A stretch of DNA of 61,608 nt, the filler included, from Sphacelaria rigidula (Eukaryota): NCBI GenBank assembly GCA_964200075.2. It is 8 parts of 8 records of this genome, joined end to end, with 100 filler letters (N's around TTAATTAATTAA, not from the genome) between each part and the next. Parts side by side here need not be neighbours in the genome. Positions count along the whole stretch, not along the records: positions 46,283 to 53,895 come from CAXNAA020014093.1; positions 53,996 to 61,608 come from CAXNAA020014094.1; 6 more parts are not named here. The stretch is one strand, 5' to 3'. Position 1 is the stretch's first letter; each line of letters opens with the position of its first letter. This document shows, in pieces, positions 52,131-61,608 of the stretch. The notes under the pieces are model-generated. The model saw only the letters and a list, made by a program, of their open reading frames with translations, was not told where the DNA came from and made no database searches. Made by a program: the position numbers and the translations under genes.

Positions 52131-52349
52131 GGTCGCGTTCCGCCAGCCCTGGCCCACATGAATCTACACCACCTGCCACCGGCGCCAACCCAACGCCTAT
52201 TCGAGCGTCTCCTGCAGTCGCTCGCCAAGGCGATTCTCCACCGTCTGCCGCCGACGCACTTTTACTCCCTTGTCGAGGTGACATATCTCGACGAGAAGAC
52301 GGTCTTGCCGTCTCGGCAGACCACACAACACGTGATTTCACAAAGTGCG

Positions 52350-52755
52350 AATGGAGTTTTCTTATTGAGGATGAAAAACCCGGATAATGAAAATCTTCGT
52401 ATCCACACCAAATGTTCGAATATGATTCCATCTCTTCACTTACTGGTTGCTGTTGACAACTCCTACACACCATACGAATTGGGATTTCGATGACCGAAAT
52501 GTTGGGGTCCTAGGTGTAAAACCGATTTCGGGGAACTTCGGCGATCTGATCGGATCATCTAGATTGCCCAAAATTGTTTTTTCTCCTAGGACCCCAACAT
52601 GTCGGTTATCATGATCCAAATTTGTATGGCGTGTCGTAGTTGTCAATAGCTACCGGTAGGTGAAGGAGTGAACCTATATTTCGAAGATTTGGTGTGGATA
52701 TGAAGATTTTATTTCTCCGGGTTCTCATCCTAAACAAAAATTCCATCCTCAATTT
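52350..52755. mobile_element. Palindromic foldback/MITE element, copy 2
   Basis: Homologous to 37262-37657, including the central atttcggggaactt...gatcgga segment. Confidence 0.85.
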
Positions 52756-53093
52756 GTAAAATCCCGTGTTATACACCAGGCATAGACAACAGTGACTGTG
52801 TTAGGACGATGGTTGTAGCTGGAGCCGCCATGCGCGATGAAGTTGGTCGCGACCTTGCAGCTGCACATGCAAGTGCGGCCACCAGCTGGCGAGTTGGCGG
52901 AAGGGTTCTTGTTTTCGAAGATGTCCATGACGGACTAATCGCGCCAGGTGCAGCAGAAGTACGGCGGGTGCTGCTCATGATCGCTCGCTAGGTCAGCGCG
53001 GAACGCACTACCCGCGCCTGCACCTGCTCTGTGCCAACCTTCCAGAGCTCCAGCTACCAGCCCGTGTAGCGCGGGCTACGTACAGGTATCAAG

Positions 53094-53257
53094 CGGCTGT
53101 ATCTTGATGAAGTAGCGTACAATATAACACAGTCTGCTGTCATATGATGCGATACCGTACTACAGTAAACATATCCTGTATCATAACGGCTGTATCTTCG
53201 TGAAGCTGCCTACACTACAATACAGTCTGTTGTCATACGGTGCGATACTGTACCATA
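53094..53257 (+). repeat. Tandem duplication with about 93-bp period
   Basis: cggctgtatctt..tgaag...cagtctg.tgtcata.g.tgcgatac.gtac twice. Confidence 0.8.
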
Positions 53258-53865
53258 CATACGTATCATACTCCACGGTGGTTGCCGGTCGGTCATAAAA
53301 TGCGGTCGGTGTTGCAAACGAGTCTCTGTACACAGTATAATAACTACGACGAAACGGTAAAGGCTACTGGTTTGGCCTTTGAATAGGAGGTGCTATTGAC
53401 CAACAGGCGTGACGTGTAACGTGTAACCGCCCTCCCGACAACACACACCCCACCAGCCACCTCGCTGCTCGCGCAAACACCAGAACACACGCCCAGAACA
53501 TGGCGAATCAAGGGGTGATGACGTGGCAGTGGTGTTCTTTTGAAGTCAGCACATCAACATATACACAAAGAAACAGTATTTTGAGCACAGCTTGACACAG
53601 ACAGCGATTGACGTGACGTGTATCCGGTTTGCACAGAAGTTGTCAGACCAGGAGAATCATTTTGATCACAAATCATGAATCATATGGGCACAAACGACGT
53701 ACTTTTTACTCGTGGCCTGTATTTGCCGCCTGCCTGACCCCTCTTGTGTTGCCAACATAGCTTCACACTGCAGTGTTGTCGTGGAACACTGAGCAGATAG
53801 AGACATCAAACATGTTTGCCAAAAAAATGAGAACTGTGACGGTTTAAGAGACAACCAACTAGACA

Positions 53866-53893
53866 ACTGACCAGTCAGCGCTGACTGGTCAGT
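53866..53893. repeat. Perfect 28-bp palindrome
   Basis: actgaccagtcagc|gctgactggtcagt. Confidence 0.95.
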
Positions 53894-54055
53894 AGNNNNN
53901 NNNNNNNNNNNNNNNNNNNNNNNNNNNNNNNNNNNNNNNTTAATTAATTAANNNNNNNNNNNNNNNNNNNNNNNNNNNNNNNNNNNNNNNNNNNNCTTTT
54001 CTTTTTTGTTTGTTGTGCCCCCCCCGCCCGGCCGCCCGCCCACGCGAGAGCGGGT

Positions 54056-54086
<31 letters not shown>
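54056..54086. repeat. Poly-G tract of about 30 nt
   Basis: Direct read. Confidence 0.95.
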
Positions 54087-54089
<3 letters not shown>

Positions 54090-55849
54090 TGAGGTCCAAG
54101 TAATGGGGCTGTCAAACGAAGGGTAGGCAGACTTGTGAAAATGAAGTTACTTCACGTGTTGACAGTACGTTTTCGGACACGGGGTTAAGGGCGTGCACAA
54201 TGATTTGCGAGATATCGAGACGAGAGTTGACCACGAGTCAGAAAAATCGAACTGGTGTGGTGACTAAAAAACACTGTGAGTCGGCTGGGTTTGGAGTTTC
54301 CTCGAGACCGACCGCACTGCATGCGCTGTTGATCAAACTGTATTCTCTGGCGCACATACAGTTATATTTATCAAGCCACCCCAACAACTCTGCACAGTGC
54401 TAGTAAACAACCCTACCCCTAACCCTAAGGATGTAGATCTTGGCCCAACTGACAGTACCTCGTGCTCAGTTAAGACAGGCTCACAACACAATACTGAACC
54501 CATAGCAAAGCACAGAAGGAGGCTCACAAATATTATATAACAATCACACAAATGGCTCACAGAGGGATGTGGCAACACACACCGATTCTATCAGAGTACC
54601 ATATTCATCAAATTGTAGACTCAGGTAGACATCGTCCTGGTCGAGTGAAGAAGACCAGTAGAAACGCGGACGATTATAAGACTGGAAGACTAGGAGAGCG
54701 ACTACGTGAGGCAACCGCGTGAGCCGTTACGCTACACACTTGGCGATCACACCCCTCCTCCAGTCCGTTTTCACCGGCTCTATTCATCTCCTAGAATCTC
54801 CACAATGCGCGTTCTTCTAGTTCCACAAGAACTTTCTCAAAATCTGTCCCCAAAAGGTTCGGGACCGAACATAAGATTATATGTAGACGGGTACATTCTC
54901 CCCGTATCCTACAGCTCGTTGACCATGGGTGAAATGACCCTACTACTGACACCCTTATTTTTGCATACGGGGCAAAACAGCCATACAAAAACGTCAAGAG
55001 AAGTATCAAATTTGCATATCCGGTGGCGGCAACTCTAACCGTGAGGAAAATCAAACCCTCCTACACGAAATATACCTCCTCCCGTACTCCAAGAGTATTA
55101 GCCATCACACGAATCCACACCCTGGATCATGACACTAAATTCTTATGTCGAAAAATGTACCGAGTACAGTATGGAATATTGTATCCGTTTCAAAATGCGC
55201 AATAGTCGATACTGTATGCAGTACACTTTTTGGCTGTGCCTTTGTCCAGGATATGCACGAATCCAACTTTTGGACAGGAACTCACGACTACCTTAATTCG
55301 CACTGTGATGAAAAAAATTCCCGTCGGGCAGTCCCTCGAGTGAAAAATTGAAGCGAAAATTGAAATGATGGAGACTCCGTTGTGCAGAGCACCTGATAAT
55401 AATACGTTCGTAGTATTTGTGTTTCGTTTACAGCGGAACTGGGTAGAATATGGCTACTCGCTTTCTACTACAGTATCAAGACCGCAGATTTAACTAATTT
55501 GGAAGATTACTATGTTCATTTCTAGTTGGCCTCGCGTGTCGAGTTGGAAAGCCGAGTGCCACCCCCTCAAGTCCGAATTGCCACCTGCGGCACCGGATCT
55601 TCTGAGGTTGGCCAGATGCATTTATTTTTCTCTATTATTTATCCCTGTTTTGCTTGTATCGCGTTTTGTGAGCTTTAATGTAGGTATTCTTTGTTTTTTC
55701 CCCTCATACCCTATTAAAGGTGGCTAGCCTGTAACCACAGAAGGCGTCCGGCGTCCGCATCAGATGCCCAGTACGAATGTATCGCGCAGGTATCGGAACT
55801 GTTTTTAATGTGAAGACAACAACAGCAACAACAACTCGGGATGAGAGAA

Positions 55850-58400
55850 GCTTCGACGCGGTTATTTCTGAGTGCTTGCGAGTTGCGGCCTCCGCCCGTA
55901 GGGTATGGGTATCACTGGAAATATTGCGACACATGCAAGGTAATTTCTTCTGGGATTTCACGTTCGAGGGCTTGAGGTAACTTTGTAACTCGATTTCATT
56001 GCGAGCGAAGCCCACTGTGACGGAAGCCGCGAGCCATGGTGACATACTTCCGTTCTCACTTCTTGCTAAGGAAGCGCTCACGGACCCCAGCGTCTCCGTC
56101 AACCGCCCCGGTCAGCCCGACCTCGTCCATGTGCGGAATCAACACACAGTCCCTGATGGCCGTCTTGATGGGGCGGAGCATCTCAACCCTCTCGGCGTCG
56201 GCGTTCAAGAGAAGAGGCGGTTCGGAATCAACAGCACCATAGTTCTGAATGTAAGACCCCGACCCCGACCCCGACCCCTTCAGCATAATACGATGGCTGT
56301 CGAGGTCGAAGCCCGGTGTCTGCATGCTAGCCTCTTTTCTTGAAAGCCGATGTTGAGAGGGTGGAGATGCTCCGCTCCATCAAGACGGCCATCAGGAACC
56401 CGTGTGTTAATTTTCCGCACGTGGACGACCTCAGGAGGGCTGCGGTGTTCTCCGGGAAAGAGGTCGGACTGACACGGTTCATGCTGCAGTACGTCCGAAG
56501 TGACTGGGACAGGGCCGTTCACGGAGACGTTGAGGTCCGTGAGCGCTTCCTTAGCAAGGAATGGGAACGGAAGCACGTCATCATCGCTCGCGGCTTCCAT
56601 CACAGTGGGCTTCGCTCGCAACGAGATCAAGTCGCACAGTTACCTCAAGCACTCGAAAGCTATATTCCAGTAGAAAACGTACCTTGCATGTGTCGCAATA
56701 TTGCACACCTTGGACAATACATGGTCAATAGTTGCAATATACAAAAAACGTACTGCATAAAGTAAAGGCCTATTGCGGCTCTTGTGGGCCGGCAATAGTT
56801 GCAATAGGTCAATACTTTATGCGGTATACTTCTCGTTTATTGCACCTATTGACCATATATTGTATAGGGTGTGAAATATTTCCAACGAGGCCCATGCCTT
56901 ACGTACAGAGGCCGTAACTTGCAAGCACACACGAACAACCACGTCGAAGATTTACTCATACCGGTATTTCTCCAACGTAGTCAAAACTACGGTCTTCACA
57001 CTGTCGTAGGAAACAAGTATCTACAGTCCACCAGTTTCCGCGGTGAACGAAGCACAAATGCTATAAAAGCATTCGATGCTCTGCAGAACGAAGCCGCGAT
57101 TACTGAACTTTCTTGTCGTTGTGGCCAACACCGTGCCAAATAAAACACGAGCGATGGGGGCTTCAACCTGCAGTGCAACAAGCACTTCCGTAGCATGCGT
57201 GTTTCGTCTACTGCGAAAGTGATACAATAGAGCTAATATTGTGCTTGTTTCATACGACAGTATCATGACCGTAATTTTGACTACTTGAAAAAAATACTCG
57301 AGATGAGTGAAGCTCCGACGTGGTTGTTCCTCAGTGCTCGCCAATTGCGGACTCCGGACGGTGGGCATGGACACCGTTGGAAATATTCCGACACACGCAC
57401 GATATTTTCTGCTGGAATATAGCTTTCGAGTGCCTGAGGTAAGTGTGCGACTTGATTTCGTTGCGAGCAAAGCTGACTGTGACGGAAGCCGCGAGCCATG
57501 ATGACGTGCTTCCGTTCCCACTTACCGCTAAGGAAGCCCTCACGGATCTCAACGTCTCCGTGAACGGCCTTTTCATCACCCCTTCGGACGTACTGCAGCA
57601 TGAACCCCGTCAGTCCGACCTAGTGTGATTCGGGGAACGACACGAGGTCGAACTGATGAAGCTGATGCTGGAGTACATCCGGAGTGATGACGACAGGACC
57701 GTTCACGGAGACGTCGAAGTCCGTGAGGACTTCCTTCGTCATAAGTGGGAACGGAAGCACGTTACCACGGCTCGCGGCATCGTGACTGGGCTTTGCTTGC
57801 AACGAATTCAAGTCGCACAGTTACCTCATGCACTCGAAAGCTGTTTGCCAGCAGTAAGTACCTTTCATGTGTCGCAATATTTCCAACGACGTCCATGCCC
57901 TGCGTACGGAGGCCGCGACTTGCAAGCACACACGAACAACCACGTGGAAGATTCACTCATCCGGAGTGATCTTCCAAATGAGTCCAAACTATGGTCTTAA
58001 TACTGTAGTAGAAAAAAAGCATAAAAACTATATTCCACCAGTTCCACAGTAGACGAAACACACATGCTACGGAAGCGTGTTTATTGCACTGCAGAACGAA
58101 GCCTACATCGTTGAAATTAACGCTTCAGTGGGCCAACACCGTAGCAAAAAATATTTCAAGTGGTGGAGGCTTCATCCTGCAGCATATGTGTTTCGTCTAC
58201 TGCGGAACTGATAGAATAGAGCCAATATTGTGCTTGTTTCATACGACAGTATCAAGACCGTAATTTTGACTACTTGAAAAAAATACTCGAGATGAGTGAA
58301 GCTCCGACGTGGTTGTTCCTGAGTGCTCGCCAATTGCGGACTCCGTACGGTGGGCATGGACATCGTTGGAAATATTGCAACACACGCAAGCACTCAGGAA
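55850..58400. repeat. Array of five related units in alternating orientation
   Basis: Units about 55850-56225, 56330-57030, 57195-57620, 57650-58070, 58185-58400; e.g. cttccgttc.cactt..gctaaggaagc and its reverse complement alternate. Confidence 0.88.
56703..56874. mobile_element. 172-bp palindromic MITE inserted in array unit 2
   Basis: cacacc...ggtgtg inverted arms flanked by duplicated AATATT; empty site gtcgcaatatttccaacg near 57871. Confidence 0.88.
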
Positions 58401-59029
58401 CAACCACATCGAAGCTTCACTCTGTAAACACGTAGAAATGATCCAAGGGTGTGTGTGGGGTGGCTTATTTCCTGCAATCGAGTACGAGCTGGGCCAGCCT
58501 AAAAACGGATTTAAGCTCCAAAAGCAATATCCCATAGTCACACTCGAGATGTGCCGTGATCCGCATATCGTGTTAATCTTCTAACCAAGGGGAAGGTGCC
58601 CATGTGCTCAAAAGTTTGGGCCCATATTTTCTCGTTGATTCAACCCCCGATCGATTGTTGAGCGGATGACGAATTTTGGTGTGGACATTCTCTGGAGCAA
58701 GGGGAGACGATAAATACCCTCACCTTCACCTAATTCGTTTTCTATCCCGGAATATGGCGCACATAAGTTTTGATACTAAAATCAATGTATTACGAGCAGA
58801 GGCACTAGACGCCCGAAATCTGGATATTGCGTTTCAGTTCTTAAGAGTTGTTAGAAAAATTCTGTGTGGTGAACCGCTAGTGCATGATAAAATAAAATAA
58901 AACAGCTTGTGGCCTTTTTTCATTTTTTTTTTCATTTTTTTAGTGCTTTTAGTGGAATTTTCAGGAGAAATGAACATTACTCTTGAGCCAAATCTCAATG
59001 TTTTAGCTCAACATCTAGGATTGTGATGT

Positions 59030-59570
59030 GAAACTTGGCATGGAGAACCACAAAAGTGTGCCGGATAAAATTAAAAAAAATGGGCCCTCATTTTTCCTTC
59101 ATACGTGGAGGTTAGGGCGTTCTCGTGAAGAAGTGGTCTTCACCATGCTTGAACGCCCTAAACCAGTGAAAAATCGTTTGAAAAAATCCTGACCCACGAA
59201 GTGTTGTTAATCATGCCCTAGCGAGGGACCACACAAAATTTCAGTACACGAAAACCAAACGTGGGTCGGTGAATGGCCTTCTAAATAATGTTCCGATTTT
59301 ATACCGGTCCGGTTCTTAAAAGGCCCATGACCAGCCCAATATCAAGAGTTGGAGCGTAAAATTTGGTACGGACAATGCTCAGGGCAATAATCACTTTTCA
59401 GGTATCAGTAAAATGCCCTCAACTCATGGGAAAATAAAATAAAATGGTATCGACGTAATTTTTTCTTCATGCCCCATGGATTGTGCATACCAAATTTTAC
59501 GCTCCAACTCTAAATATTGGGCTGAGCATTAGCTTGCAAACTTCGAATCCGCCTCTAGGCTGCCCCCAGC
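59030..59570 (+). mobile_element. Non-autonomous DNA element (uninterrupted relative of 49890-50900) with internal inverted repeat
   Basis: gagttggagcgtaaaatttggta / taccaaattttacgctccaactc inverted pair; homology to 49890-50900. Confidence 0.7.
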
Positions 59571-60048
59571 TCGTATTGAAAAATCGTACTCTAAGCACAC
59601 AAAACTTGGGTCAAGTATTGAGATCGTACTTGACAATACCCATTATTCGGGTACACTTTGGAGGTCGGACTCTCAAAACACGAAATTTGGAAGAGAAAAT
59701 ACCCAGGTATTTACCCAACACACCCTTGTAAACGGTGTAGGAGAGTAATCAGTATACCTACCCAGATAGTTATCCATGTATAAGTTGGGTCACTCCTGCA
59801 GCTAAATACAGCGGCTTGGAGTGGCGTTTCTACTGCTTCTGCAGTGTTTTCAACATCCTTGGACACTGACAACCGACAAAACACTGGCAAAAAGTGTGTT
59901 GTGTACAATAGTGAAAGCCATTGTCTATCGCAATGGGCACGGGATCCGATGACTGTACGCAGAGTAATCTTTGGTGGTGTAATGTATATACTGTCAATGT
60001 TGAGGGCGAAGTATTTTTCGGCGAATGCATGCGAAAATCTGTCTGTAA

Positions 60049-61166
60049 GACCGCCCCTCAATTGTCTAGAAACGGACGCCCTGAGAACTGCCCTTTTTGA
60101 GCCTTTCATCGCAATTTTTCGGCGGAGCACGGGTCTTGGCGAATTCGGCCTCCTCGGAAAGATTTGCTGTGTTCTTTACGAGGATTCTGGCGCGCTTTTC
60201 CGATTTTTCGTACGCCCAGTTTTTAGGGTTGGGGACTGGACCAGTATTTACTGACAGTATTCCTGTACTGCGTCAGAGGGTGCCAGTACAGCCAGTACAT
60301 ATCCATTCTACGTACGTCCTATATTATGCCTCCTAGACCGCATGGAAACCTACCGAAACTGCGCCGCATGAGAGGCAGGAGAGGAGAGAGGTTGAGAACA
60401 GGGCACACACACACTGGAGGGAGACCACAAAATCGATGGACCAATATGTCACTACCAGCAGCAGCCCGCCCACTTCAGACTCGAGCCCGGGGCCTCAGAT
60501 CCCTGAACCCGCCGCGGCCTCCAGCGAATCACGATCGTTGAAGTTTTTCTCTGGGTAAACTGACAACTGTTTGAAGAAGAAATGTTGTCATACCCGGGCA
60601 GGCATCATCGAAGTGGCCCGAAATCACCGAAATAATATCTCCTAGTGAAGCCAAATTGCGTAAAAATACGCCTCCGGCGGGGCCCCTCCAGCGGGGCCCC
60701 CTCACCAGCCGGGGGGGAGCGGTGGTCGCGGCTGCGCCGCGACCACGCGGCTTCGCCGCGACACCAATGTACTGATAGGACCCAGTAAACTGGCTGCTCT
60801 CCGCAGCCAGCTTACCTGGTACTGGAGCGTAGTGCCTGTCCCCAACCCCACCAGTTTTGCTTTCAGCGGGATTCGGGATTTTTTTTAGTCGCCCCCCCGA
60901 ATTGTCCAGTTGTCGGGGAAAATACGTACTTTTCCCGGACAACTCGAAGGTTCTTGGGGTGTCTGAAAAAATCTAGACTTCCGCCAAAAGTAAAACTGGG
61001 CGTACTAAAAATCCAAAAGGCGCGCAAGAATCCTCGTGAAAAACATGGCAAATCTTTTCGAGGAGGCCCAATCCGCCAAGGCCCGTAGTCCGCCAAAAAA
61101 TCGCGATCAAAGGCTCAAAAAGGGCAGTGCTCAGAGAGCTCGTTTTCAGACTATGAGAAGCGGCCC
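60049..61166. mobile_element. Non-autonomous TIR element of about 1.1 kb with about 175-bp terminal inverted repeats
   Basis: ctgccctttttgagccttt...gtacgcccagtttt (60049-60225) mirrored by aaaactgggcgtac...aaaggctcaaaaagggcag (60991-61166); no clear TSD. Confidence 0.8.
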
Positions 61167-61173
61167 AAAGTCA

Positions 61174-61546
<373 letters not shown>

Positions 61547-61608
61547 CATCGCGGTTCGGGGAAGACTCACTTCGCATAAACAAACATATATTACCGCAAA
61601 AGACGGCA

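Noticed and set aside
51565..52473. Overlapping Pro/Ala/Gly-rich ORFs
   Set aside because: Open on both strands because of GC-rich repeats; no domain motifs
54790..55050. LINE C-terminal zinc-knuckle remnant
   Set aside because: Only a vague C..H..C spacing; no adjacent RT motifs

Overview
Eukaryotic, intron-rich and repeat-rich DNA, most likely from a brown alga or other stramenopile (inferred from gene content and TE types). The window is not one locus. It is 8 equal blocks of 7613-7614 bp joined by seven identical 100-bp spacers (44 N + TTAATTAATTAA + 44 N), so nothing can be inferred about linkage across the spacers. Host genes, all partial: a kinesin-8 (KIF18/19-like) gene with 7 readable exons (39216-44850, +); a minus-strand gene joining a SAM domain to a cupin-like segment (16089-19926); one exon of a GGA-motif beta-helix/adhesin-like protein (6384-6584); one SNF1/AMPK-type kinase exon (61254-61349). 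Mobile DNA: a degraded RTE/RTEX-like LINE whose 3' end recurs 7 times, almost always next to C-runs; a DIRS/Ngaro-type tyrosine-recombinase retroelement remnant; the 5' half of an LTR retrotransposon (PBS, long gag-like region, aspartic protease); a tRNA-derived SINE; a second non-LTR 3'-end family with (AATC)n tails; several palindromic MITE/foldback elements, two of them nested insertions with empty sites visible; minisatellites; and a 2.5-kb array of alternately inverted units. I found no convincing complete novel multi-gene system. The best leads are the C-tract-associated LINE, the alternating inverted array and the SAM-cupin fusion.
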